Of a stretch of DNA of 64,000 bases, positions 11,156 through 21,830 are shown piece after piece. Each line of letters begins with the position of its first letter. Within the stretch, counting starts at the first letter, position 1. The translations under genes and the position numbers were made by a program. Below the pieces are notes generated by a model. The model was not told the origin of the DNA and did no database searches. It saw nothing but the letters and a program-made list of their open reading frames with translations. Source of the DNA: Obrimoposthia wandeli (lineage: Eukaryota); the NCBI GenBank assembly GCA_977020255.1, contig CDROCS010002735.1:248001-312000 (forward strand). The letters are read 5' to 3'.

Positions 11156-13303
11156 TTAAAGTTTTATCGAACATTTATTTCTCCCACTATTTTTCGCTTC
11201 ATAAAGTGCAACGTCTGCTCTTTTAATAATTTTCTCTATCGTGTCTCCTTCCTTTGATAACGTTAGACCAAAACTGGCGGTTTTATTCTTTATACCATTA
11301 AAATCATGGGTAGCAATGGTTAACCTGAAGGTTTCGATTAGCACAGCTACATTTTCAATACTTGATTCAGGAAAAATCATAATAAACTCTTCTCCTCCAT
11401 AGCGGCCAACAAAATCTGTTTTCCTTGAATTACTTTTTAAAATATTGGCTATTTCAATAAGAACAAGATCTCCTTTTTGATGCCCATAGTTATCATTAAC
11501 TTCCTTAAAGTGATCAATATCTAATATTGAAAGACAAAAGGCATGCTGAAAACGTTCACTTCTATGAAGCTCTGCCTGCAATAACTCTTCAAGTTTTCGT
11601 CGATTAAATAAGCTTGTTAACTCATCAGTAAGAGCTAATTTACTTAGCTCCTTGTTTATATCTTCAATATCCTTCTGAGCTGTCTTTAATAATCTATTCG
11701 CTTTAATAATCCGAGCATTCCAATATATTATAAGTAGTAGGAAAATCATCGCAACGATAACGACTTCCATAATTATCTTATAATTCATTTCTTGTTCATA
11801 TTTTATTGGAACCCATTTTGTCAATATTCCTCTATGGAGTTCGTTAGTAATATTATTGACAGTTTTTTGTAATATGTTCAGTAACATGGTTTCATTTTTA
11901 CTAACGGCTATAGAAAGTCTTAGTTTCTCAGGGATTTTCCCAGCTATTTTAAGTTCCCCAAAATATTTACTTTGAAACTCATAACCAATACTCGCTAACG
12001 TATCAATAAAAGCAAAGAGCTGACCTGTTTTTACTTTATCTAAACCATCATAAATATCATCTACTTCAATTATTGTTAAAGAAGGATATCTTTGTTTCAA
12101 TATTTTAACAAAAGCATCTCCTTTTATAATCCCTATCTTTTCGCCTTCTAAATCCAATATCTGATTAATAAACGGGACATCAACTCTTGTTGCTACAACC
12201 AAAGGTACTTCTAAATAGCTACTAGTAAAATTTAAATACTCTTTCCTTTCAGGTGTTTCCATACCCAAAGCGAGCATGTCACATTTTTGCTGTTGTATAT
12301 AATCTAAAGATTGACTCCAACTTTTTGTCTTCACAAGTTGAAATTTTGCAGACAGCATTCTCTCAAACAAACGATAATAATCTGCACTCATACCAATATG
12401 TTCATTTTTCTCATTAAAACCTTCTAATGGCAATCCTTTAGGGTTGATACAATACTTGATGCGGTTCGTATTAATATATGCAGCCTCATCTTCATCAAGT
12501 TCAATGTGTCCACCTGCGTATTCTTTGATTGAGCCTATCCATTTATTACTTAATTCTTCTTTCTCTTTATCTGTAATGGAGTTCAGAGCTTTCTGTAAAA
12601 TAGAACTTAATAAAGGGTTTTCGGGTTGTACTCCAAACCTTAAATCCTCTTTTGTGGTATTGGTTAAAGTAAGCTCACTGGCAAGGGTTATATTAGTGTA
12701 AACATTTTTTTTAATTAAATAATTAATATTGGTGAGATTTTGTATTAACGCATCAATTTTTCCAAAAACTAAATCTCTGGTTAACTCGTCATAGCTGTCG
12801 TAAAAAACTAAATTCATGGTACCTAATTTTTCCAGCTCTTTAATATAAAATACATCTTTTAGCACACCGACTTTTTTCCCCGTTAGGCTTTTTAATCCAT
12901 TGTAGTTACCAAAGGTATCTTTCACGAAGATCATAATCGGAATATTATAATAAGCGCTTGTAAAGAGAGTAAAAGGTTCTCTGTATTTCTTATATGAAAT
13001 ACTCGTTATCATATCGACTTCTTTATTCTTAAAAGCATTATAAATTGTGGTCCATTTATCGATATGTTTCTCGAATTTCAACCCCGTTTTTTTAGATATA
13101 ATATTCAATAAATCATGTTCAAAACCAATGGGTTTATTATTAATATAATATGTAAAGGGTGTAAAATCAGGCATCATGGCAACTTTTACTGTCGCTGTAG
13201 TTTGAATAAATGCTTTTTCTTCTTTAGTTAGTATTAAAGTACTTGCCATAGATTCAATTGAAAATAATAATATTATAAAAAGCTGTATAAATGGTTTTTT
13301 CAT
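11156..13303 (-). CDS. Membrane diguanylate cyclase with two periplasmic solute-binding (PBPb) domains
   Basis: Signal-like N-terminus (MKKPFIQLFIILLF, ATG at 13303; track starts at 13327), two PBP repeats, a TM helix (IIMEVVIVAMIFLLLIIYW), and GGDEF with RKTD I-site and GRYGGEEF. Confidence 0.88.
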   Translation of the reverse strand: MKKPFIQLFIILLFSIESMASTLILTKEEKAFIQTTATVKVAMMPDFTPFTYYINNKPIGFEHDLLNIISKKTGLKFEKHIDKWTTIYNAFKNKEVDMITSISYKKYREPFTLFTSAYYNIPIMIFVKDTFGNYNGLKSLTGKKVGVLKDVFYIKELEKLGTMNLVFYDSYDELTRDLVFGKIDALIQNLTNINYLIKKNVYTNITLASELTLTNTTKEDLRFGVQPENPLLSSILQKALNSITDKEKEELSNKWIGSIKEYAGGHIELDEDEAAYINTNRIKYCINPKGLPLEGFNEKNEHIGMSADYYRLFERMLSAKFQLVKTKSWSQSLDYIQQQKCDMLALGMETPERKEYLNFTSSYLEVPLVVATRVDVPFINQILDLEGEKIGIIKGDAFVKILKQRYPSLTIIEVDDIYDGLDKVKTGQLFAFIDTLASIGYEFQSKYFGELKIAGKIPEKLRLSIAVSKNETMLLNILQKTVNNITNELHRGILTKWVPIKYEQEMNYKIIMEVVIVAMIFLLLIIYWNARIIKANRLLKTAQKDIEDINKELSKLALTDELTSLFNRRKLEELLQAELHRSERFQHAFCLSILDIDHFKEVNDNYGHQKGDLVLIEIANILKSNSRKTDFVGRYGGEEFIMIFPESSIENVAVLIETFRLTIATHDFNGIKNKTASFGLTLSKEGDTIEKIIKRADVALYEAKNSGRNKCSIKL

Positions 13304-13538
13304 TTTTATCCTTGCTTGGATTCTCAAAGTAGGTAATTAATTTTCTATGATAGAAACGACTGTTAGTGATTTATAAGCTAATCATATTTTAAGACCATAG
13401 CTGCTACAATTAAACACTACACCTACAAGAAAAATACTCACTAGAGGCTACAAAAACCTATAGCTTTTAGAACACCAAAGAAACAATCATCATGTAGGTA
13501 TTGTCGCTTTGTTGCAGCTTATGTTCAGCCTAGCATTG

Positions 13539-15902
13539 TTAATTTTTCAAAAGGAATCGTTTGAAATCAACATCACTAAGCGGTTTAGCAATATAGTAAC
13601 CCTGTCCAAGATCGCAGCCGATTTCTTTAATTTTTTGATATTGTTCCAAGGTTTCAATACCTTCAGCAGTGGTTTTTATGTTTAATGATTTAGCCAGATT
13701 AACCATTGCACTTAATATAAGCACTTTATCACTCACTTCATTCAAATTATCAACGAAGCTTTTATCTATTTTTAAATACCCGAAATTAAATTGGTGTAAA
13801 TAGCTTAAAGAAGAATAACCCGTACCAAAATCATCTAATGCAACTGGAATATTAATTTTTTTTAGAATCGCTAAATTTTTTTTCACCGCGTCTACGTTTA
13901 AAATTAAGCTTTCTTCTGTTATCTCTATACATAATCGACTCGTTATTTTAGCCGACTTGAGACTCTCTTCTTGCAGATAGGAAATAAACATTTCGGATGC
14001 AAAGCCTGATGTTGAAACGTTTACACTAAGCTTAAATACTTCAGGTAGCCACTTTGACCAATGTGTAAGATTATGCATGGCAAGTTTTAACATATAAATA
14101 TCAAGATAAACAATTTGCCCTGATTTTTCTAAGATTGGAATAAACACATCTGGAAATAACAAACCTAATTTTGGATGCTGCCATCGTACCAATATTTCAA
14201 TACCGATAACGCCCCCTGTTTCAAAATCAATTATTGGTTGATAATGACCAATGAACTCTTTATTTTCAATTGCACTGTCAAAATTATATTCAAGCTTAAC
14301 ATTGATTGATTGATTGGCTTTCCCCAGCGTTTTAAAAATCACATACTGATTACGCCCTTGCAACTTAGCTTGGTACATAGCATGATCGGCATCAATTAAT
14401 AGTTTTTCAGCACTGTCACTACCATCGCTATAAGCTGAAACCCCTATACTTACGCTACTAGATATATTCAACCCATCGATTTTAAAAGGTAGTGTCATTG
14501 CGCTGATAATACTTTCAATGATCCGCAAAATGGTCTCGTGAGTAATGTTGCCATCAAGCAGAATTGCAAATTCATCTCCCCCTAATCGCGCCAGCGTATC
14601 CGTTTTCCTTAGGACTTCCTTTATTGACTTTGCAATAGCAATAAGTAATTTATCGCCAATATGATGCCCATATGTATCATTAACTTGCTTGAACCTATCC
14701 ACATCAAGAAATAAAATTGCCATATTATTAGAGCGGTTATTCTGGCAGCCTAAAAATGCATTTTGTAGTTTATCTAGAAAAAGTGATCTATTCGGTAAGT
14801 TCGTCAAACTGTCGTACAACGCTAAAAATAATAACTTTTGCTTAGCGTCCATCCGTTCAATGGCACTATTTATGTGTTTCGCTACAAAAGATAACAGTTG
14901 TTTATCTTTTTCTTGGAATAAAAAATCAGTACTATAACTTTGTACAACCACAATTCCCTTATTATCATGTTCGCCAAAAGGCACACCTAACCAAGCTTTT
15001 GGAATGCTTCCAACAATATGCAGCTCTTTAGCCGCCAGCATTTTGAGGAGATCTTTTTCATAGAGCAAAACCGGTTCATTTTTCAACAATGTATAGCCAG
15101 TAATACTTAAATTTTCCGGATCTAACTCTATCGACCTGAATATGACTCCTAGCTTAAGCTCATCTATAATTTCTTGATCAAATTCGTCTACAGCATAAGG
15201 AAATTCAATTTTTGTTCCGTTATTTTTAAGTAAAGCCACAAAAAAATTTTTGGTAAAAGTAAGACGGCTAATACACTGATGTAAATTGCGATAAAATTCA
15301 CTGGTACTTTTAGTGGTAAAGGTAAGTTCGGTTATATCGAATAGAGCATCTTGAATTTTACTAGAGTATTCTAAGCTTTCAATGCTCTCATTCAATACAT
15401 CTATTTTATGTATTTCAGAAATTTTAATTGCGGTAATTAAAGCAATTTCGAAAAGTGCTTGTAAATGATATTCAGTGTAAAAATTTGCACTCGCATGTTC
15501 GGTATAAATAACGCCCAATAATTGTTCTTGGTATACAATGGGTACTACTAGGGCTGATAAACTATATTCACCATTTTCAATATAATTATCAGTTTCTCTA
15601 GCATCTTTTATCAGTAATGCTTTTTTTGTTGCAGCAGCCCTACCTATGACACCCTGATTCAAAGGGATGGTGGGATTAGCAACAGCCGATGCTTCACTAT
15701 AAAATCCATCTATCCTACTTAGAGTCTCTGCGCCAATATCTAAAGTGTAAGTTGCCACATTGTCAAAACCCAATTTTTCTACAATATACTTCGTTAAATA
15801 CACTAAAGCTTCCTCTGGTGTAGTTAACAAAGACAGCTCAGATGCAAATTTATTGGTAGTGGTCATGCTTTTTATTGTTTGATAATCATATATTTTTGAC
15901 AA
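13539..15902 (-). CDS. GAF-GAF-GGDEF-EAL c-di-GMP enzyme
   Basis: Two GAF-like domains (GVIGRAA...ALVVPIVYQEQLLGVIY; AWLGVPF...GIVVVQSY), YDSLTNLPNR, RLGGDEF, EILVRW and DDFGTGYSSLSYL. TTG start is uncertain. Confidence 0.9.
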   Translation of the reverse strand: MSKIYDYQTIKSMTTTNKFASELSLLTTPEEALVYLTKYIVEKLGFDNVATYTLDIGAETLSRIDGFYSEASAVANPTIPLNQGVIGRAAATKKALLIKDARETDNYIENGEYSLSALVVPIVYQEQLLGVIYTEHASANFYTEYHLQALFEIALITAIKISEIHKIDVLNESIESLEYSSKIQDALFDITELTFTTKSTSEFYRNLHQCISRLTFTKNFFVALLKNNGTKIEFPYAVDEFDQEIIDELKLGVIFRSIELDPENLSITGYTLLKNEPVLLYEKDLLKMLAAKELHIVGSIPKAWLGVPFGEHDNKGIVVVQSYSTDFLFQEKDKQLLSFVAKHINSAIERMDAKQKLLFLALYDSLTNLPNRSLFLDKLQNAFLGCQNNRSNNMAILFLDVDRFKQVNDTYGHHIGDKLLIAIAKSIKEVLRKTDTLARLGGDEFAILLDGNITHETILRIIESIISAMTLPFKIDGLNISSSVSIGVSAYSDGSDSAEKLLIDADHAMYQAKLQGRNQYVIFKTLGKANQSINVKLEYNFDSAIENKEFIGHYQPIIDFETGGVIGIEILVRWQHPKLGLLFPDVFIPILEKSGQIVYLDIYMLKLAMHNLTHWSKWLPEVFKLSVNVSTSGFASEMFISYLQEESLKSAKITSRLCIEITEESLILNVDAVKKNLAILKKINIPVALDDFGTGYSSLSYLHQFNFGYLKIDKSFVDNLNEVSDKVLILSAMVNLAKSLNIKTTAEGIETLEQYQKIKEIGCDLGQGYYIAKPLSDVDFKRFLLKN

Positions 15903-16109
15903 AAAATTCGCCGCCTTAGTTTAATAATACGATTGGATTATTTATCATACTAAAAATCGCTTCTAATAACTGTGTCACAATCAATCAATATAACCACACA
16001 AAGTGGATCTCTGGTAGTCACAACCGAGCGTGTTTGAGGAATTAAACGCTTTTATATGAAACCAGACACTTAAACACGCATTAATATGTTAAAACGTATA
16101 TTTTTATTA

Positions 16110-16258
16110 ATTGCTGTTCGGTTAAAAAGTGTAAGCTCTTTACTCATTGATTTGTGGTTTTCTAGCATAGTTAATTGGATTTTTTAAGCCGAATATAACT
16201 TTTTTTAGCTTAAAATCAATGAGTTATAGAGTAACGAAAAATCAATCCGGACACTAGT
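16110..16258 (-). mobile_element. ~150-bp MITE-like repeat, copy 3 (inverted)
   Basis: Reverse complement aligns with 1683-1832 and 27066-27214 (shared TCCAATTAACTATGCTAGAAAACCACAAATCAATGAGTAAAGAGCTTACACTTTTTAAC with copy 2); IHF consensus AATCAATGAGTTA at 16214-16226. Confidence 0.85.
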
Positions 16259-16690
16259 GACTTTTATTAAACGCTTCGCCATCATTTCCGCTAGCTAAGA
16301 TTGAATAAACTGACAATCAGTGTTTCTATTTGACTTTAGTATCTCTAATGATAGACGAAAATTTAGTAAACAATTATAAAATGGTTTTTAATTGAGCAGC
16401 TTGAAACACAGTTATAAGCTATTTAGTCGATTAGATATGAATTTCACGATCAATCTCAATCTCAGAATTTTTCTCTAAGAGGCTCGTACACTAAACAAAA
16501 TAATCATTATAAATAAGTGAGTTAACCATTATTTCACATATAACACTTTTATAACCAATTTATCGAAAAATTTGATTGTTATTTCGCCCGCTTCAGCTTT
16601 ATTGAGCAGTTTCCTCTGCTGCTTTATTCATAAAACAGCGAGTCAACTGATGCACAAAGAGAGCCGATAAGCACTAAACTGAATGTAGTA

Positions 16691-17266
16691 TTATTGCAAA
16701 TCAAACACTAAGCTGAAGTTTATAGGTACTACATTCGAAATTACCGGTAAATTAGCAATTTCTCTTAACGCTTCAATACCTATATCCAGTCCATAGTTAG
16801 CAGCGCTTAATACCACGGGCTTTGCTGTATTAACTAAGATACGTTTATCAGTGAGTTTATAAATGTTTAAAGTAGCCGCTTGCGGGCTTTTTACCTCTAG
16901 TAGCTCAAGCGTACCTTGCGTATTAATTTGTAACCGCTCACCGGCTTTTAGACTATCCAATTGTTTAGGATCAATACTCAGTTGGTACTTTGCAACTGGG
17001 AATTTCGCGGTGTTAAACAACAGCGTGCCCATCCGCTCATCACGAATACCAATGCCCGTGCTAACAGAGCTTAAATCAATTTCTAGTACAGCATCACCTG
17101 CATCACTGATAGATGCCTGGTATTTTTTAAAAGTGTGTACTTCGTAAGTATTATTTTTTTTGATAGATGAAAAATTAAAATCCGACGCTGGCTGATTTAA
17201 AACCCAACCAGCTTGTACAAAAGTCGTGGTGCTTAATAGGCATAATGTCGTGAGTATTTTTTTCAT
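16691..17266 (-). CDS. YceI-family secreted lipid/polyisoprenoid-binding protein
   Basis: Signal peptide (MKKILTTLCLLSTTTFVQA) followed by YceI motifs (IDLSSVSTGIGIRDERM, FPVAKY). Confidence 0.85.
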   Translation of the reverse strand: MKKILTTLCLLSTTTFVQAGWVLNQPASDFNFSSIKKNNTYEVHTFKKYQASISDAGDAVLEIDLSSVSTGIGIRDERMGTLLFNTAKFPVAKYQLSIDPKQLDSLKAGERLQINTQGTLELLEVKSPQAATLNIYKLTDKRILVNTAKPVVLSAANYGLDIGIEALREIANLPVISNVVPINFSLVFDLQ

Positions 17267-17386
17267 GGGTCCATCCTTATTAAAAGCTATAAATGAATTG
17301 GAAATTATATGCGCACCCGTATTATAAACGCCAACATTAATCTAGTGTAAACATATAAACCCTGTACCTCTCTTAAAAAACTTTTG

Positions 17387-19036
17387 TTATCCTTGTTTCA
17401 CATGTTCACGCACTAAACTCATTAAACCTTGAGTAGAAGCATCATAGTTGGTACTTTTAAGGTTAATATCACCACTAATTTCAGTCGCTAATTTTTTACC
17501 TAATTGAACCCCCCATTGGTCAAAAGAGTTAATATTCCAAATAGCACCTTGCACAAACACTTTATGCTCATACAAAGCGATAAGCGCTCCCAAATTGCGC
17601 GGATTTAGCTCGTCTAACAATAGAACATTACTAGGACGATTTCCTGGACAACTGGTATATGACTGCTGCTCGGTATCGCTTTCACCATTACTTTCGCCGT
17701 TCATAAAAGCATTGGCCTGCGCTAGCATATTAGTTAGCAATGCGAAGTGATGATCTTCAGTTTTTTCTTCCGTTTTTAGCGAAGCGATGAAATCAATAGG
17801 TACAAAACGGGTGCCTTGGTGCAGCAACTGGAAAAACGCATGCTGCCCGTTTGAACCTGTTTGTCCCCAAACGATAGGCCCGGTTGCGTAGTCAATTGGC
17901 ATACCGTCAACATCAACCGACTTACCATTACTTTCCATATCAAGTTGCTGTAAAAAAGCGGGCAATTGATGAAGTGCTTGATCGTATGGAATGATGGCTT
18001 GTGTTTCAGCCCCGTGAAAATTGATATACCAAATGCCTATTAAGGCCATAATCACTGGCATATTTTGCTCAAGTGGCGCGTTCAAGAAATGCTGATCCAT
18101 ATCATAAGCACCTTCTAACAATTCAATGAAGCCGTCATAACCGATTGATAAGGCGATGGGTAAACCAATACTTGACCAAAGCGAATAACGACCACCCACC
18201 CACGCCCAAAATTCAAAAATATTCTCTTGTTTAATTCCGAATTCCATCGCCGCCGCTTGGTTAGTCGATACTGCTATAAAGTGCTTTGCTACGTCCGCTT
18301 CACACGCTTGCTGCAAAAACCAGCTCTTAGCGCTTTTGGCGTTTAGCAATGTTTCCTGAGTAGAAAAGGTTTTAGTCGAGACGATAAACATCGTCGTTTG
18401 TGGATCAAGCGATTTCAATACCTTATTAATATGTAAACCATCCACGTTTGAAACGAAATGGATTCTCAACTTGGCATCTCGCTGTTGTAATAATGCTCGG
18501 CACACCATATTTGGCCCTAAATCAGAACCGCCAATGCCTATATTGACAACATTGACAATTGGCTTACCTGTATAGCCTAGCCACTGGCCACTTCTTACTT
18601 GTTCACTAAAGGCTTGCAGTTTTATTAAGCTAGCGCGAATTTCTGGCATAACATCTTTGCCATTCACTTCTATCGGGTCATCAGATCGATTACGCAAAGC
18701 GGTGTGTAGTACTGGTCTTTTTTCGGTAACATTTACAATATCGCCAGAGAACATTTGTGCGCGACGCTGGCGCAAAGGAGAATGCTCTGCTAATTGCAAT
18801 AAGCTAGACATGATTTCTGATGATAAACGATTTTTAGAATAATCCAGAAACAATCCATTTAAGCGCAAACTCATTTGTGTGAATCTATTGGGATTCGCAG
18901 TAAAGGCATCTGAAATTTTATCATCAGCAGTTGATTGCGCTAAAAGCTGCAGCTTTTTCCAAGTAACAGATTGCTTAAGGTTATACATATAAAAGTTCAC
19001 CATGAGTGTTATGCTATTATTACGTAATATAAACAA
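17387..19036 (-). CDS. pgi: Glucose-6-phosphate isomerase
   Basis: LDYSKN, VLHTALR, NIGIGGSDLGP, WVGGRYSLWS, QQLDMESNGK, INSFDQWGVQLGK. The true start is probably a downstream Met (e.g. MYNLKQ, 18988). Confidence 0.95.
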   Translation of the reverse strand: MFILRNNSITLMVNFYMYNLKQSVTWKKLQLLAQSTADDKISDAFTANPNRFTQMSLRLNGLFLDYSKNRLSSEIMSSLLQLAEHSPLRQRRAQMFSGDIVNVTEKRPVLHTALRNRSDDPIEVNGKDVMPEIRASLIKLQAFSEQVRSGQWLGYTGKPIVNVVNIGIGGSDLGPNMVCRALLQQRDAKLRIHFVSNVDGLHINKVLKSLDPQTTMFIVSTKTFSTQETLLNAKSAKSWFLQQACEADVAKHFIAVSTNQAAAMEFGIKQENIFEFWAWVGGRYSLWSSIGLPIALSIGYDGFIELLEGAYDMDQHFLNAPLEQNMPVIMALIGIWYINFHGAETQAIIPYDQALHQLPAFLQQLDMESNGKSVDVDGMPIDYATGPIVWGQTGSNGQHAFFQLLHQGTRFVPIDFIASLKTEEKTEDHHFALLTNMLAQANAFMNGESNGESDTEQQSYTSCPGNRPSNVLLLDELNPRNLGALIALYEHKVFVQGAIWNINSFDQWGVQLGKKLATEISGDINLKSTNYDASTQGLMSLVREHVKQG

Positions 19037-19099
19037 AATAATATTACATATTTAAGTCTGGTAGTAATAAAATCGACATATTGTAGATATATTACTACA
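19018..19099. promoter_or_regulatory. Palindromes upstream of pgi, possible HexR-type operator
   Basis: TATTACGTAATA palindrome (19018-19029), inverted pair GTAGTAAT (19061-19068) / ATTACTAC (19091-19098), and TGTAG-N8-CTACA. HexR regulates pgi in several gammaproteobacteria, but the motif match is loose. Confidence 0.3.
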
Positions 19100-19312
19100 T
19101 TAAGCGTTATTTTTAACCTAATTACGAGTGCACGGATAACTTAAGAGATTAGGTAGAGGTAATACGGTATATAAATACAGGTACAACAGAGGGTTATTGC
19201 TTATCACACTTGCCGATGTCGGGGTAGCTTTGATAATCCCCTTTAGCGATGCTGTCTCGATCAACATCACTACGGCTATTTGCTTTCATCGCGCAAACAA
19301 GAAAATTCATCT

Positions 19313-20047
19313 TTAAGCGCTTTTACTACATATATCAAGATATTCGGCTACAACGGTTTGCATCCCGCGTTCAATACATTCGATGGTTAGCACATGGCCA
19401 ATAGATACTTCAAGGATGGCTGGAATCGTTAGGAATTTCGACAAGTTCTGTAAATCTAAATCGTGCCCAGCATTCATCTCTATACCCAGTTCCATCGCTT
19501 TATCAGCGGCAGCTTGATATTCACTGAAAACAACCGCTGCTTTATCTGTTGCATAACTGGCAGCGAAAGCTTCAGTATACAGTTCAATGCGCTCACAGCC
19601 TGATTGCGCGGCTAACTCAACGTGCTGAGCATTTGGATCTAAAAATATCGCCGCTCTAACCCCTAAGCTTTTCAACAGTTCACAAGTTTCTTGTACTAAC
19701 TGCATGTCCTGAGTTAAATCCCAACCATGATCAGAAGTTAACTGACCAGGAGCATCGGGTACCAAAGTGCACTGTGTCGGTTTAATATCCTCAATCAGCT
19801 GTAAAAACTCTGCTGATGGATAACCTTCAATATTAAATTCTACTTCACTATTATTTTTAAGCAGTTCACCTAAATCATAAGCATCTTGCATAGTGATATG
19901 ACGTTCATCTTGTCTTGGATGCACAGTGATGCCTTGTACACCTAAAGATATAAATTTATTAGCGAAGTTAACGACATTGGGGAAATCTCTTCCTCTAGAG
20001 TTTCTCAATAAGGCTATCTTGTTTAAATTTACACTTAACTTTGTCAT
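19313..20047 (-). CDS. pdxJ: Pyridoxine 5'-phosphate synthase
   Basis: LSVNLNKIALLRNSRG, GITVHPRQDERHI, RIELYTE, NAGHDL, EVSIGH motifs. Confidence 0.93.
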   Translation of the reverse strand: MTKLSVNLNKIALLRNSRGRDFPNVVNFANKFISLGVQGITVHPRQDERHITMQDAYDLGELLKNNSEVEFNIEGYPSAEFLQLIEDIKPTQCTLVPDAPGQLTSDHGWDLTQDMQLVQETCELLKSLGVRAAIFLDPNAQHVELAAQSGCERIELYTEAFAASYATDKAAVVFSEYQAAADKAMELGIEMNAGHDLDLQNLSKFLTIPAILEVSIGHVLTIECIERGMQTVVAEYLDICSKSA

Positions 20048-20249
20048 TTTTCGCTTCTCTCTTGTTGAACAATTATCGCTGGCAAGAATCTTAGCAAATT
20101 GCTCTGCTTAGGCATACGATATTCCGCATCATTTATGCCTTTCATAAACAAATTAAAAGCTAGACATTAAAGCAAATTTAGAAAAAAGGAATTAAAGGAT
20201 AAAGGTGGGAAGGGAATGGTGAGAGGACAAATCTGGCAGCTATAAAAAA

Positions 20250-20277
20250 CGGGATCTTAAAAGAATTTTAAGACCCG
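20250..20277 (-). terminator. Rho-independent terminator after the permease gene
   Basis: On the minus strand: CGGGTCTTAAAA-TTC-TTTTAAGATCCCG followed by TTTTTTA, a few bp past the permease stop. Confidence 0.75.
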
Positions 20278-20284
20278 CTTAATT

Positions 20285-21688
20285 TTAAGCGCTGTTGTTG
20301 GTTTTGTTTAAACCTTTTGGCACTACTAAATTTAAAACGATAGCGATAATAGCCGCTGGCAACAAACCTGTCGACATCAGCGCTTTCAGGGTTGGAGGCA
20401 AATGTTGTAACGCCGAGGGCTCAAGCATTAAACCTAAACCAATAGAAATAGAGATTGCGAAAATAACCATATTGCGACTATTCCAATCGACATCAGACAG
20501 CATTTTCATCCCCGCTGATGCAACCATACCAAACATAATAATGACTCCTCCCCCTAACACTTCAATGGGAACAGTAGAGATCATAGCGCCAACTTTTGGG
20601 ATAAAGCCGCAGATCACTAATAAAATGGCACCGATGGTGGCCACATGACGGCTCATTACGCCCGTCATTGCGATCAAGCCAACGTTTTGAGAAAAAGAGG
20701 TATTAGGTAAACCGCCAAACAAACTTGAAAAAGCTGAACCTATACCATCAGCATAAGTGGCACCTTTAATTTCTTTATCAGTTGCCTCACGATTAGCTCC
20801 GCCTTTAGTAATTCCTGACACATCACCCACCGTTTCTATAGCAGAAATAAAAGACATTAAAGTAATACCTAAGATTGCTGAAACAGTAAACTCTATGCCG
20901 AAGGGGAAGATTTTAGGTAACGCAAAAGGTGCCGCTCTGCCAATATTGCCTAAGTTTACCATGCCTAACATGAAAGCAACGATGTAGCCTGCTATTAAAC
21001 CTATCAGTACTGAGGAAACGCTAAGCATGCCTTTACTGAAAAACTTAAACGCTAACGTGACAGAAATAACCACCAAGGCTACACCCCAATTTTGCAGAGA
21101 GCCAAATTCAGCAGTGCCAATAGCAGGTACCCCACCTGCAGCATATTGAATGCCAATTTTTAGTAATGATAAGCCTATCATGGTAACTATTAAGCCGGTG
21201 ACTAAAGGGGGCAGCGCAAAACGCAAACGGCCAATAAACGGCGCTAAACACGCTTGTAAAATACCACCCACTAAAATACCACCGGTCACTGCTGCCATCG
21301 CATCTATCCCTTTACCGGCCACTAGCGGCACAATAATCGGGATAAAAGCAAAACTAGTGCCTTGTACGATCGGTAAACGCGCCCCTATTGGACCAAAACT
21401 AATGGTTTGTAATAATGTTGTTACGCCTGCGAGCAACATGCACATTTGCATCATATAGATCATCATCGGAAAATCAGCTGAGTTAGAACCAAAGCCAAAA
21501 CCTGCAGCTCCCGCTATGATAATCGCTGGTGTTACATTAGAGACAAACATAGCCATAACATGCTGAATCCCCAAAGGTATAGCAATACCTATGGGCGGGA
21601 AATAATTTGGATCCCTTAATTGCTCTGGTGTTCCAATAATACTATGTGTTGCTTTTGTATCGCTATTTCCCTCTACTGCGTCATCCAT
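20285..21688 (-). CDS. NCS2/NAT-family purine (uric acid/xanthine) permease
   Basis: LGIQHVMAMF, RLPIVQGTSFAF, ETVGD, NAT signature TSFSQNVGLIAMTGVMSR; about 12 TM segments; adjacent to urate catabolism genes. Confidence 0.92.
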   Translation of the reverse strand: MDDAVEGNSDTKATHSIIGTPEQLRDPNYFPPIGIAIPLGIQHVMAMFVSNVTPAIIIAGAAGFGFGSNSADFPMMIYMMQMCMLLAGVTTLLQTISFGPIGARLPIVQGTSFAFIPIIVPLVAGKGIDAMAAVTGGILVGGILQACLAPFIGRLRFALPPLVTGLIVTMIGLSLLKIGIQYAAGGVPAIGTAEFGSLQNWGVALVVISVTLAFKFFSKGMLSVSSVLIGLIAGYIVAFMLGMVNLGNIGRAAPFALPKIFPFGIEFTVSAILGITLMSFISAIETVGDVSGITKGGANREATDKEIKGATYADGIGSAFSSLFGGLPNTSFSQNVGLIAMTGVMSRHVATIGAILLVICGFIPKVGAMISTVPIEVLGGGVIIMFGMVASAGMKMLSDVDWNSRNMVIFAISISIGLGLMLEPSALQHLPPTLKALMSTGLLPAAIIAIVLNLVVPKGLNKTNNSA

Positions 21689-21820
21689 ATCTGATCTCCA
21701 AAAACTTTTATTTTATTTATTTTATTGCAATGGGATTGCTTGGTTATTTTATAAGCTAAAGTTAGCCTTGTAGTACAAAATAACTACATTGCTAAACATT
21801 GTCTATAAAATAAACTAATA

Positions 21821-21830
21821 TTGTATACAA
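21821..21830. promoter_or_regulatory. GntR-type operator upstream of the permease
   Basis: Palindrome TTGTATACAA, the same core as 22467-22480. Confidence 0.6.

Noticed and set aside
20295-21458. Plus-strand ORFs of 76-117 aa opposite the permease, and similar antisense ORFs at 31518-31916, 55439-55948, 61937-62308 and elsewhere
   Set aside because: They lie entirely antisense to well-supported genes and have no motifs or RBS; typical shadow ORFs.
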